Assembly (NCBI GenBank): GCA_027064085.1
Contig: JAMOQH010000172.1
Coordinates: forward strand, 5,088 to 69,087
Direction: 5' to 3'
DNA: 64,000 nt
Source of the DNA: a bacterium
GTDB taxonomy: Bacteria > UBP6 > JAFGXH01
Every line of letters begins with the position of its first letter. The first letter of the stretch is position 1. Shown in pieces: positions 29,943 to 39,781 of the stretch. A program made the translations under genes and the position numbers. The notes under the pieces were generated by a model. It had not been told where the DNA came from and made no database searches. It was given only the letters and a program-made list of their open reading frames with translations.

Positions 29943-31847
29943 TTATTTTAATTCTAGTTTAATAAATGATAAATCATTATCGGGACCACGCCCTTTATGC
30001 TTTTTATCTGAATCTTGATAAGTAAATTTTCTTTTATCTCCATTAACATCAGTTTTACCCATAGGAGCATCAATATATTTTCTTAATGAAGAGGCATCCT
30101 CAACTTTTGCCTTTTTTAAGTCCATATGAGCAGTGGAGCCCTTTGCAGGAATGTCAATATCACTCATAACAGGGGAATAATCGGTTAATTCTTGAACTCC
30201 ATCATACCAATATCCATTATATCTATCTCCTCTTTTACTCCACATGTGTCCTATTACATATAAGTTTTTTCCAACTAATCCTAAACCTTTTATATAATAT
30301 CCTGCAATTTGATCTGATTGTTTACCAGAATAATAAAACATACTCCAATTTACTTTACCTGTTTTTAAGTCAGAGTTAACTAAATATCCATCACCAAATT
30401 GAGTGTCATAACCAACAACTCCTTTGATGTTTCCGATACCAACTCTTCCACCTGCATATAGAGAGTTTCCTAAAACTTTTACTATCATAATATTATTTTT
30501 TTGCCCATGACTGGCATTTTCTTTTCCCCATAAAAGTTTTCCATCTGGATTTACTTTTATGTAGGCAAATGAAGTTTGGGCACCCCTTACATCTACAGAA
30601 GCATAAATATTGCCTTCTTTGTCTAAATCAAGAGAATTTATATTTGAACCTACACCTGCATCAATTTTTTTAGCCCAAACAATTTTAGGAGTTTTTGTGT
30701 TCATGTTAGATACTTTCATTAAAAATGCTCTTCCATTTGCACTTCCACCAAGATATGCGTTGAATTTATCATCAACTTTGATGGCAAATGCTCTATCGTT
30801 ATAACCAGCATATAAATCTATAGCTTTATTCATATATAATGAACCATCTTTTTTATTTAATGTTAGTAGCATTACAGTTGCATTATCCAAAGTTGAACCT
30901 GCAACAAAAACAAAATCACCTTTAACATCTACAGAATAAGCATCTGCTCTTTGCCATGCAATTTGAGAACTTCTAAATTCAGGACGCCACACCTTCTCCC
31001 ATACAATAGAGCCATCTTTAGGATTAACTTTTATGATAAGAGCTGCGTAATTACTTCCTCCCTTTTTAGTTGTTACTCCTGCATAATATATGTAACCATC
31101 TTTATCTATAATTATAGAATTTGCACTACCACCGCTTTCACCATTTTGGCCGGGGTCAATACTTAAGTCATGTCGTTTTCCATACCAAACTTTTAACCAT
31201 CCCAAGCTACCATCTGCTTTAATTTCACCCATGAATAAGTCAAAATTAAAACTATCAGCACCAGCAATCATCTTATTATTACCATAAAAATATGTATTAC
31301 CGTTTTTAGCAACAACAGCTCCACTAACCATTTCATCTAAATCAGCTCCACCAAGTACTTTATCCATTAAGGTTTTAGTATGAGTAGATAAATTTCCATT
31401 ACTTCCACCTTTTCCTGTTAAATTAAGAGTAAATTTTTGATTTTTATTATAGGTAATTATAAGAGTAGCTTTTCTTAAATGAGATGCTATAGGGAAAAAC
31501 TTTAAGTTAAAGTAATAACCTTTTTGGGGTGCTATTTTTAAATCTTTAACTTCAAGTTTTTTAGGGTGATATGAGCCATCAAGTATTTGAAACTCCTCTT
31601 TCATTACACCTTTATCATGTTTAATCACTATAGAATTTATGATTAATTCTTTATCACTATTATTAGCAATTGTGAATAACTCAACATGTTTACTAAATAA
31701 TGCTATAGTTGAGTTTGGAAATTCAAATGGCATATTATTTGTTTCACCATTTTTAAATTCATGGCTTTTTATCTTTAAGGTAAATGGATTTGTAGCAAAT
31801 ACATTAAAAGATAAAAATGCTATTGATAAAATTATTACTATTTTCAT
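29943..31847 (-). CDS. Secreted Ig-like + beta-propeller protein (paralog of the upstream gene)
   Basis: Signal peptide; ASH/Ig-like domain ending LNLTGKG; repeated D.dGniY.aG / dG.l.W blades. Confidence 0.75.
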   Translation of the reverse strand: MKIVIILSIAFLSFNVFATNPFTLKIKSHEFKNGETNNMPFEFPNSTIALFSKHVELFTIANNSDKELIINSIVIKHDKGVMKEEFQILDGSYHPKKLEVKDLKIAPQKGYYFNLKFFPIASHLRKATLIITYNKNQKFTLNLTGKGGSNGNLSTHTKTLMDKVLGGADLDEMVSGAVVAKNGNTYFYGNNKMIAGADSFNFDLFMGEIKADGSLGWLKVWYGKRHDLSIDPGQNGESGGSANSIIIDKDGYIYYAGVTTKKGGSNYAALIIKVNPKDGSIVWEKVWRPEFRSSQIAWQRADAYSVDVKGDFVFVAGSTLDNATVMLLTLNKKDGSLYMNKAIDLYAGYNDRAFAIKVDDKFNAYLGGSANGRAFLMKVSNMNTKTPKIVWAKKIDAGVGSNINSLDLDKEGNIYASVDVRGAQTSFAYIKVNPDGKLLWGKENASHGQKNNIMIVKVLGNSLYAGGRVGIGNIKGVVGYDTQFGDGYLVNSDLKTGKVNWSMFYYSGKQSDQIAGYYIKGLGLVGKNLYVIGHMWSKRGDRYNGYWYDGVQELTDYSPVMSDIDIPAKGSTAHMDLKKAKVEDASSLRKYIDAPMGKTDVNGDKRKFTYQDSDKKHKGRGPDNDLSFIKLELK

Positions 31848-31903
31848 ATTATCCTCTAAAAATTAATTAAATTGTTAATGATTGAAAATATTTTCACAAA
31901 TGA

Positions 31904-34342
31904 TTATTGAATTTCTAAAACAGTATATGATAAATCATCATCTGGACCATATCCATTGTGTTTTTCTGAAGAGTTACTGAAAGTAAATTTCCTTTTGTCT
32001 CCATTGTTATTAAGAGTTCCCATAGGAGCATCTATATACTGCATTGAAGAATTATAGGTGTCAGCATCTTGAACTTCGGCATCAGGAAGGTCAATATGGT
32101 CAACTAAGTCGTTACCAGTAAGAAGAGCGGTATCCGTTACGCTAGGAGCATAAGAAGTTAATGGTTGAACACCGTCATACCAATATCCATTGTATCTATC
32201 ACCCGATTTTGACCACATGTGTCCAATTACATATAATTTATTGGCAACTAAACCTAAACCTTTTAAAAAATAACCAGCAATTTCATCTGTTCCTTTTCCA
32301 GAATAGTAAAATAAAGACCAATCCATCGCACCAGTATCTTTATTAGCTTTAATTAAATATCCGTCACCAAATTGAGTATCATAACCTACTATTCCGTTGA
32401 TTTCACCTATGCCAACTCTTCCTCCAACATATACTGAACCACCTAGGTATCTTATTGTGTATACATTGTTTTTTTGTCCAGTACTTGCATTTTCATTCCC
32501 CCAAATAATAGAGCCATCTGTATCAAATTTTAGAAATGTAAATGATGTTTGAGCTCCTCTAACATCTAGAGCTGCATAAACCTTTCCATCTTCATCTATA
32601 TCCATAGAATTAATATTAGTACCAACACCGCCATCAACTGATTTAACCCATTCAAGCTGAGGGTCTTGAGTATTTACTGAATTAACCTTCATAAGCATTG
32701 CACTTCCACCCATAGAACCACCCATATAGGCATTACCATTATTATCTACTTTTAAACAAAATGCTCTGTCATTTTCCATGTTAGTTAAGTCAAATGCTTT
32801 GTTAAAATAAAGAGAACCATCGGATTTATTTAATGCTAAAAACATTACTGCTGCATTATCTAGAGTTGAACCAGCAACATATACGAAATCACCTTTAACA
32901 TCTACTGCATAGGCATCAGCCCTTTGCCAAGCAATTTGACTACTAGCAAATTTAGGACGCCATACTTTTTGCCAAATAATTGAACCATCAGCAGGATTTA
33001 GTTTTATTATTAAAGCAGCATAATTACTTCCAGAGCTTTTTGTTGTAACTCCAACAACATAAATATTTCCCTCTGCATCCATAGTTATAGAATTACTAGA
33101 GCCTCCACTTTCACCATTTTGACCTGGGTCAATACTTAAATCATGTTTAGGTCCATACCATACTTTTAACCAGCCTAAGCTTCCATCTGCTTTGATTTTT
33201 CCAATAATAATATCATTATTAAATCCATCTGCTCCTGCTATCATTTTATCATTTCCATAAAAGTATGTATTACCTTGAGCATCTGTAACAGATCCACTAA
33301 TCATTTCATCTAAGTCTGCTCCACCTAATACTTTATCCATAACTGTTCTTGTTGGAGTAGAAAAGTTAGCATCACTTCCACCTTCTCCAGTTAAATGAAG
33401 TACAAAGGTTTTGTCTGTATTGTAGGTAATGGTTAAAGTTGCTGTTCTTAGATGAGATGCAACTGGATAAAATTTTATTCTAAAATCTAATCTATCATTT
33501 GCAGGAATAACCTCATCATTAATTTCTAATTTGTTGTCACCTATATTACCTTCTAGTAAAGTAAATTCTTCTTCCATTACTCTATCACCATAACTTAAAA
33601 CCATACTATTTATAGTAACAGGGCTTGCTTCATCATTTAAAATACCAACTAAAAGAGGATACTTACTAAATAAAGCAATAGAGCCATGAACATTTGTTGG
33701 AATTGTTACTGTATCATTATCATGAAATTCAACAGTTTCAGCTAAAAGATGAAAAGGGGCAGGGTTTGAAGTTCCACCTTCACACTCAAAAGTAGTTTCA
33801 TTACAAGTTTTACCAATTGCTGTACAATCTTGAATTGTTGTCCAAGAGTTACCACTTGTTCCACAAAGTTGCACTTTATTATTATTACATTTTCTTTCGC
33901 TAGGGGTACATTCTTGTGTATTTTCTTCACATACAAAAGTTGTAGTATTACAAGTTTTGTTGCTTGTGGTACAATCTTCTGTTACATTCCATGAATTAGA
34001 TGTACATGTTTCAATTTTATCACCATTACATCTTTTTTCATTATCTGTACAAGTAATTTCTGCTACACATTTACCTGCATCGCAAGTAGGTTTTGTAGAA
34101 TCTTTACAATCTGCATTTGTTGTACATTCTGGTTTTGTATCTGCAACACAATTATGTTGGTCATTACAGATTTCATCTGTTTTACAATCAGATTTTGTTG
34201 CACATTTTCCTGTTGCTGTTTCGCATTTGTCAACATTACATGTTTGCCAATCTGCACAAGCAGGGTCACATTTGTTTTCATCATCGTTACCACATGCCAC
34301 TATAAATAATGACATAATTAGCATAAAAAAAGCTATTCTCAC
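31904..34342 (-). CDS. Lipoprotein with Cys-rich stalk + Ig-like + beta-propeller domains
   Basis: GTG start after AGGAGG, lipobox IVAC, about 165 aa of Cys-rich repeats, then a region collinear with the 634-aa neighbour. Confidence 0.8.
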   Translation of the reverse strand: MRIAFFMLIMSLFIVACGNDDENKCDPACADWQTCNVDKCETATGKCATKSDCKTDEICNDQHNCVADTKPECTTNADCKDSTKPTCDAGKCVAEITCTDNEKRCNGDKIETCTSNSWNVTEDCTTSNKTCNTTTFVCEENTQECTPSERKCNNNKVQLCGTSGNSWTTIQDCTAIGKTCNETTFECEGGTSNPAPFHLLAETVEFHDNDTVTIPTNVHGSIALFSKYPLLVGILNDEASPVTINSMVLSYGDRVMEEEFTLLEGNIGDNKLEINDEVIPANDRLDFRIKFYPVASHLRTATLTITYNTDKTFVLHLTGEGGSDANFSTPTRTVMDKVLGGADLDEMISGSVTDAQGNTYFYGNDKMIAGADGFNNDIIIGKIKADGSLGWLKVWYGPKHDLSIDPGQNGESGGSSNSITMDAEGNIYVVGVTTKSSGSNYAALIIKLNPADGSIIWQKVWRPKFASSQIAWQRADAYAVDVKGDFVYVAGSTLDNAAVMFLALNKSDGSLYFNKAFDLTNMENDRAFCLKVDNNGNAYMGGSMGGSAMLMKVNSVNTQDPQLEWVKSVDGGVGTNINSMDIDEDGKVYAALDVRGAQTSFTFLKFDTDGSIIWGNENASTGQKNNVYTIRYLGGSVYVGGRVGIGEINGIVGYDTQFGDGYLIKANKDTGAMDWSLFYYSGKGTDEIAGYFLKGLGLVANKLYVIGHMWSKSGDRYNGYWYDGVQPLTSYAPSVTDTALLTGNDLVDHIDLPDAEVQDADTYNSSMQYIDAPMGTLNNNGDKRKFTFSNSSEKHNGYGPDDDLSYTVLEIQ

Positions 34343-34352
34343 ATTTCCTCCT

Positions 34353-34454
34353 AAAAAAAATTGAATATTATTACTTAAAAAGCAATGATATCCCTAATGT
34401 TTATTAAAATCAAGTTATTAGACGCTTTTTATTAAAAAATATTCAATTTTTTTT
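34353..34454. repeat. Perfect 17-bp inverted repeat (plus symmetric inner 7-bp IR) enclosing a promoter
   Basis: aaaaaaaattgaatatt (34353-69) / aatattcaatttttttt (34438-54); aaaaagc (34377-83) / gcttttt (34424-30) share the same centre. Confidence 0.8.
34385..34413 (-). promoter_or_regulatory. sigma70-type promoter of the propeller gene pair
   Basis: Minus strand TTGATT-N17-TATCAT. Confidence 0.55.
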
Positions 34455-34521
34455 GTTTTTACAATTATTACTGTTGTTACCTATTATTTTTATTAAAAAA
34501 TATTTAAAATTATTAAATTAT

Positions 34522-34550
34522 TTGACAAATTATTTCTTTATTGTTATTTT
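34522..34550 (+). promoter_or_regulatory. sigma70-type promoter of the acyl-CoA dehydrogenase gene
   Basis: TTGACA-N17-TATTTT with extended TG. Confidence 0.55.
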
Positions 34551-34554
34551 ACAT

Positions 34555-34576
34555 AATGAATGAACACTCATTCATT
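34555..34576. promoter_or_regulatory. Palindromic operator resembling the Bacillus FadR(YsiA, TetR-family) box
   Basis: aaTGAATGAACACTCATTCAtt versus TGAATGAnTAnTCATTCA; overlaps the predicted transcription start. Confidence 0.75.
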
Positions 34577-34615
34577 TTTTTAAGTTTGTTATTTATTATA
34601 AATATTGGAGGAAGT

Positions 34616-36400
34616 ATGTCAGGAAAGTTCTTATTATTAAACAAAGAAGTACCATCATTTATGACACCTGAAAAATTTGAAGACCACATTGAGGAATTTG
34701 CAAAAACAGCTAGAGATTTTTTAGATAAAGAAGTTCATCCTGTTGCAGAAGAAATCCAATCAGATGAAGCAAAAATGATTTTAAATCCTAAATTAATGGC
34801 AAAAGCTGGAGAATTGGGTTTATTGATGATTGAAGTTCCTGAAGAATATGAAGGAATGGGGATGGATTTATCAACAGGTTTAAGAGTCGCAGAGCAAATG
34901 GATGAAGGTTCTTTTGGTACAACTTATATGGCTCATACAGGAATAGGAACTTTACCAATAGTATTTTTTGGTACTGAAGAACAAAAAAAGAAATATTTAC
35001 CTAAAATATCATCAGGAGAATGGATTAGTGCTTATGGCTTAACTGAAACTGGTTTTGGTAGTGATGCACTTGGTGCAAAAACTAAAGCTGTATTAAACGA
35101 AGCAGGAACTCACTATATTTTAAATGGTTCAAAACAATTTATTACTAATGCTGGATTTGCTGATTTGTTTATTGTATATGCAAAAGTAGATGGAGAAAAA
35201 TTTACTGCATTTTTGGTAGAAAAAACTTTTCCTGGTATTTCAACTTCCAAAGAAGAAAATAAAATGGGGATTCATGGTTCATCAACTCGTGCTGTAATCT
35301 TAGAAGATTGTGAAGTACCAGTTGAAAATGTTATGGGAGAAATTGGTCAAGGTCATAAATCTGCTCTTGGTATTTTAGATATAGGTAGATTAAAATTAGG
35401 TATTGCAGGTGTTGCAGGAACTAAAAGAGCTATTAAACTTTCTGTAGAGTATGCAATTAACAGAAAGCAATTTAAAACTCCAATTGCTCAATTTGGTATG
35501 ATGAGAAATAAATTTGCAGAAATGGCAAGTAAATTATTTATGTTTGAATCTGCAATGTATAGAACAAGTGGTATGATAGATGAAGACTTAGCTAAAGTTG
35601 ATCCTAAAGACCCGGATTTTAAGAAAAAAGTTGGTAAAGTATTTAAAGATTATGATGTAGAAACTGCTATGATGAAAGTAATGGGTTCTGAGCTTGGTTC
35701 TTTTTCTGTAGATCAAGGTGTTCAAATTCATGGTGGATATGGCTTTACTGAAGAGTACGAAATAGCAAGAATGTATAGAGATGCTAGAATTAATAGAATT
35801 TTTGAAGGAACTAACGAAATTAACAGATTATTAATTCCTGTTCAAATTTTAACTCATACCATGAAAGGTAAATTAGATTTAATGGGAAGCTTAAATCAAA
35901 TATTGAAAGAGTTAAAAGAAGATAGTGTTGATAAGTCTTATGATAGTGAAAAACCTTTAGATAGAGAAATGAGAGTTGTAGAATTAACTAAAAAGTTAGT
36001 AATTTATACAGTTGGAACTTATGTTAAAAAATTCATGAATAAACTTGCTGATAAAACTTTTACATTTACAGAAGGAGAATACTACTATGAGCCAATTTCT
36101 AATTTAGTAATGGAAGCTTATCAAATGGAAAGTGGAGTTGTAAGAGCAAAAGAAATACTTGAAGCTAATATTAAAAATAAACTAACAAAAGAATATGTTG
36201 AATTAGCAACTTTTGAGGGATTTTCAAGAGTTAGGTCTATTGCTTCTCAACTAATTGCAACTTTATCTGTTGATGAAAAAGAACATTCAAGAAATATGGC
36301 TGGATTATGGAAATTAACTATGGATTACCCTGTTAATACTGCTGCATTAAAAGAAAAGATTGCTGAAGTTATTATTGAGCAGGGTAAATATGTTATCTAG
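34616..36400 (+). CDS. Acyl-CoA dehydrogenase (long FadE/VLCAD-like form, 594 aa)
   Basis: AYGLTETGFGSDA, LNGSKQFITN, KMGIHGSST, VQIHGGYGF, RINRIFEGTNEI; ATG after GGAGG. Confidence 0.93.
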   Translation: MSGKFLLLNKEVPSFMTPEKFEDHIEEFAKTARDFLDKEVHPVAEEIQSDEAKMILNPKLMAKAGELGLLMIEVPEEYEGMGMDLSTGLRVAEQMDEGSFGTTYMAHTGIGTLPIVFFGTEEQKKKYLPKISSGEWISAYGLTETGFGSDALGAKTKAVLNEAGTHYILNGSKQFITNAGFADLFIVYAKVDGEKFTAFLVEKTFPGISTSKEENKMGIHGSSTRAVILEDCEVPVENVMGEIGQGHKSALGILDIGRLKLGIAGVAGTKRAIKLSVEYAINRKQFKTPIAQFGMMRNKFAEMASKLFMFESAMYRTSGMIDEDLAKVDPKDPDFKKKVGKVFKDYDVETAMMKVMGSELGSFSVDQGVQIHGGYGFTEEYEIARMYRDARINRIFEGTNEINRLLIPVQILTHTMKGKLDLMGSLNQILKELKEDSVDKSYDSEKPLDREMRVVELTKKLVIYTVGTYVKKFMNKLADKTFTFTEGEYYYEPISNLVMEAYQMESGVVRAKEILEANIKNKLTKEYVELATFEGFSRVRSIASQLIATLSVDEKEHSRNMAGLWKLTMDYPVNTAALKEKIAEVIIEQGKYVI

Positions 36401-36405
36401 TATAC

Positions 36406-36831
36406 TTAACTTAAATTAATCAATTCATAATCAATAATTCCAAATTTATTAAGCAATTTCTTGTAAATATCATATCTCATAGAAAGATATAAGTTTTTTA
36501 CAGTTTTATTTTTTAAAATGTCTATTATGCTTGAATAAAGTCCTTTTTCTTCTAGTTCAAGCCAGCCTATTTCGTCTATTATTATATTTTGGGTATTTAT
36601 CTCCAATAAGTAGTTACTTACTATATCAAAATTATCTTTATTAAACTTCATACCATTGTCATAACAACAGCAAAGTAAGTATCTATTCTTATTTATCAAT
36701 TCAAAGTAGTATTTTCTTTCTTTTCTATTTACACATTTGGTAATGATACCATTAAAATTATTGTTTATTTTGTTTTCTAAATAAGTTGTTTTTCCTATTC
36801 CCTTTTGGCCAGTAATAATAATTATATTCAT
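36406..36831 (-). CDS. Small P-loop NTPase (NTPase_1-like)
   Basis: IIITGQKGIGKTT Walker A, IIIDEIGWLE Walker B. Confidence 0.8.
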   Translation of the reverse strand: MNIIIITGQKGIGKTTYLENKINNNFNGIITKCVNRKERKYYFELINKNRYLLCCCYDNGMKFNKDNFDIVSNYLLEINTQNIIIDEIGWLELEEKGLYSSIIDILKNKTVKNLYLSMRYDIYKKLLNKFGIIDYELINLS

Positions 36832-36899
36832 ATTTTACCATATAAATTATAAGAATAAGTCTATCATTTTAATATAAATAAATCAATTTTGAATTAAAC

Positions 36900-36928
36900 T
36901 TGCACAGATCTAGTCATTTAGTTATAAT
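36900..36928 (+). promoter_or_regulatory. sigma70-type promoter
   Basis: TTGCAC-N17-TATAAT. Confidence 0.65.
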
Positions 36929-36956
36929 TTAATTTCTTATTTTACTAGGAGATGCA

Positions 36957-38693
36957 ATGAAGATAATTATTTTAATAGCTATAGTTTTAACAATTCCACT
37001 ATTTGCAAAAGTGAATAGAATGACTATTCTTGATTTTGATAATAATTCAGGAGTCAGAAAATACAATTCTTTAGGAAAGGGTCTTGCTGATATGCTTACA
37101 ACAGATTTAACCTATGTTAAAGGGCTAAAAATTGTTGAAAGAGAAAAACTAAGAGAAATAATGAAGGAGATGAGGCTATCTAAATCTAAATATATAAGTA
37201 GAAAGAATGCTCTTAGATTAGGGAAAGGCTTATCTGCGAACTGGCTTCTAAAGGGTAGTTTTACAACAATGAAGGGTAGAATGCGTATAGATGTAAATAT
37301 TATTGATGTTCAAAGTGGTGAAATTGTTGAGTCGGCAACAGTAGAAGGTTGGACTCAAAAATTCTTTAGTTTAGAAAGAAGATTGATAAGAAAGATAATA
37401 AAGGCAATACACACTAAAGAACTTAGATTGAGTTATAATCCTGAAAATGATAAAAAGGAAGTTAAGGACTTTAAAGCTGTTATAAATTATTCAAAAGGTA
37501 TTGATTTATATGATAAAGGAAAATTTAAAGAATCAGAAAAAGCATTTAAAAAGGCATTAATGTTTGATAATAATTTTAATTATTCTGATAAATATCTAGA
37601 TGCTTTAGAAGCAAGATTAAAGAGATATAAGCAAAATGATGTATTAAGAAAAAAATATCTAAAAAATAAAAAAATAAAGGATTTTATGGATAATTATAAA
37701 ACATTAAAAAATGATGAAATTAAGTTTTTTACTAGTTTTAGTAATATTATTAGTTCTTTAATGTCAGATAATGAATATTCTTCTGTTTTAGGACTTATTG
37801 ATTATATGAAAAAAAATTCTCCTAAATTTTATAAAAATCCTAAATATATTAAAACATTTTCTACAATTATTGATTATTATGAGCTAAGTGCTTTAAAATG
37901 GCTAAAAAGAGAACAAGAATTTCTTAAAAAAGGGGAAATATTTATTAATAAATATCCTAAAAATGATAATCAAAGAAATTGGATAATTAGATGGATGGAA
38001 GATATAGTAAAACATAGAAAAGAATTGCCTAAAAAAGAAAAAAAATATAAAAAAGAAAGTAGAAAGCTTAAAAGAAAATTAAAAAAAGATATAAAATATA
38101 GAAAACATCAAATAAATAATCAAATTAAATATAGTAAAGACCCAAAAAATGAAAAAGAACTTAAAAAGGAGTTACAGGAATTACCATTGAAGCTTGAAAA
38201 GTATATGAAAATGGAATTATTAGGGAAAGCCATTAGATATGAACAACATAAAGAAGCTGATATTATTTCAAAAGAGCTTTTAAAAATGAAAAACTTAACT
38301 GATTATGATAAATTAAGGATTTATAAATATATTTTAGAAAATTATGAGAGTAAAGGCCAATACAGTAAATCTTTAAAATATTATAATAACATAAAAAAAT
38401 ACTTGAAATTAGATACATATAAAAAGAAATATATTGAGTCAAAAGAGTATTTAAAGAAATTAAAAAAATTTAAAGATGCTAATTATGATGATGAAATTGA
38501 AGAGTTGGAAGACAAACTTGATTCTGATAATTTAGGCAGAAAGGAGAAAAATAAAATAAGAGATAAGAAAAATAGACTAAAAAGAGAAAAATCAAAACTT
38601 AAAAGATCTTTAGATAAAATAAAAAGAGATTATGAAAATATTAAAAAATATATTGATTATATTAAAAGAGATGTTAAAAGAATGCCAAAATAA
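36957..38693 (+). CDS. Exported CsgG/FlgO(TolB-N)-like domain + TPR/coiled-coil protein
   Basis: Signal peptide; ILDFDN..GLADMLTTDL..IVERE..LGKGLSA..GS..IDVQSGEI; TPR-like helix pair; Lys-rich tail. Confidence 0.7.
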   Translation: MKIIILIAIVLTIPLFAKVNRMTILDFDNNSGVRKYNSLGKGLADMLTTDLTYVKGLKIVEREKLREIMKEMRLSKSKYISRKNALRLGKGLSANWLLKGSFTTMKGRMRIDVNIIDVQSGEIVESATVEGWTQKFFSLERRLIRKIIKAIHTKELRLSYNPENDKKEVKDFKAVINYSKGIDLYDKGKFKESEKAFKKALMFDNNFNYSDKYLDALEARLKRYKQNDVLRKKYLKNKKIKDFMDNYKTLKNDEIKFFTSFSNIISSLMSDNEYSSVLGLIDYMKKNSPKFYKNPKYIKTFSTIIDYYELSALKWLKREQEFLKKGEIFINKYPKNDNQRNWIIRWMEDIVKHRKELPKKEKKYKKESRKLKRKLKKDIKYRKHQINNQIKYSKDPKNEKELKKELQELPLKLEKYMKMELLGKAIRYEQHKEADIISKELLKMKNLTDYDKLRIYKYILENYESKGQYSKSLKYYNNIKKYLKLDTYKKKYIESKEYLKKLKKFKDANYDDEIEELEDKLDSDNLGRKEKNKIRDKKNRLKREKSKLKRSLDKIKRDYENIKKYIDYIKRDVKRMPK

Positions 38694-39779
38694 TTAAAAT
38701 GCCTCTAAGCTTGTAATATAAATATGCATTTCGCCTTCAATATTCCAAGCGATATCAAGTCTAAAATTGATATTTTGCTTTTTATCTAAACGAAATCTAA
38801 AACCTAGGCCTCCTGCAAGTTTCCATGGATAATCAAAATAATTTAAAAAACTATTAGTTACCTGTGCTGTTCCTAAAAATGCTGTTCCACTTATTCTCCA
38901 AAAAACAGGATATCTAATTTCTAATTGTGTAGCAAAATATCTTCTATCTATATACTTATATGAGCTATATCCTCGTAATAATCCACTACCTCCTAGTTGA
39001 GAATACTTTTGAAAAGGAGCATTTCCAAAAACAGCCCTTGTATAAACTTGAAAAGCAATAGTAATTTTATAAAAACTATGAAAATACTTAAAACTTATTG
39101 CACTTGTATCATAAAAAGTATTAGAGCCTATAAAAGTAGGATAAATGTAGTTATTACAATATATGTAGTAGCCTTTTGTTGGGTAATAGCTATTGTTTCT
39201 TTTCTCTCTTATTATGTAGAAGCCAATACCACTTGCAATGGTGTTTTCACTTCCTATAATTTTATTGTTATCAATAATTCCATTTTCTTTTTTTTCTGTT
39301 ATTTTATAATATGCAAAATTATATGCAATTCCTAGATAAAAATATTTATATTTTCTTTTCCCAATACTAAAACCAAAATAGTTATTACTACTTAAAAAGG
39401 ATTCCTTTTCTTTTTTATTTTTTTTACCACCCAATGGATAGTATAATGTACTTGGGTATCTACCTGTTGTAAAATATGATGAAATTTTATACTTTTGATT
39501 AAAAAAATACCTTTTTGTTCCTAAACCAAAACTAAACTCATTTTGAGAACCATAACTTATATTTGTTCTAAATGAATTTGGAAATGAAATTGAATTGCTT
39601 TTATCATAATATAAACCTGTTCCATTAACTTTTATGCCATCAGATGTGCTATATGCAAGTCCTGGTATAAAAACGAAGTTATCAGTATCTTCCATTACTT
39701 TATTTTTAATTTTCTTACTAGTTTTGGCAGTTATTTTAATTGTAAATGATAGTAAAAGTAATATTAACAGTAGTTTCAT
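38694..39779 (-). CDS. BamA/TamA (Omp85) family barrel-only outer-membrane protein
   Basis: R..SYYPTKG, LGG..LLRGY, QLEIRYP, GLGFRF, NFRLDIAW, C-terminal EAF. Confidence 0.85.
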   Translation of the reverse strand: MKLLLILLLLSFTIKITAKTSKKIKNKVMEDTDNFVFIPGLAYSTSDGIKVNGTGLYYDKSNSISFPNSFRTNISYGSQNEFSFGLGTKRYFFNQKYKISSYFTTGRYPSTLYYPLGGKKNKKEKESFLSSNNYFGFSIGKRKYKYFYLGIAYNFAYYKITEKKENGIIDNNKIIGSENTIASGIGFYIIREKRNNSYYPTKGYYIYCNNYIYPTFIGSNTFYDTSAISFKYFHSFYKITIAFQVYTRAVFGNAPFQKYSQLGGSGLLRGYSSYKYIDRRYFATQLEIRYPVFWRISGTAFLGTAQVTNSFLNYFDYPWKLAGGLGFRFRLDKKQNINFRLDIAWNIEGEMHIYITSLEAF

Positions 39780-39781
39780 AT

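Noticed and set aside
31883-31899. tgaaaatattttca palindrome resembling a Rex box
   Set aside because: Spacing does not match TTGTGAA-N4-TTCACAA; an AT-only palindrome in a short intra-operon spacer is likely chance or a small mRNA hairpin.
34541-34615. N-terminal extensions in the ORF track (also 21271, 27792, 29770, 41296, 52172, 55634)
   Set aside because: These upstream TTG starts overlap predicted promoters or RBSs; downstream ATG starts have SD sequences and, for the exported proteins, proper signal peptides.
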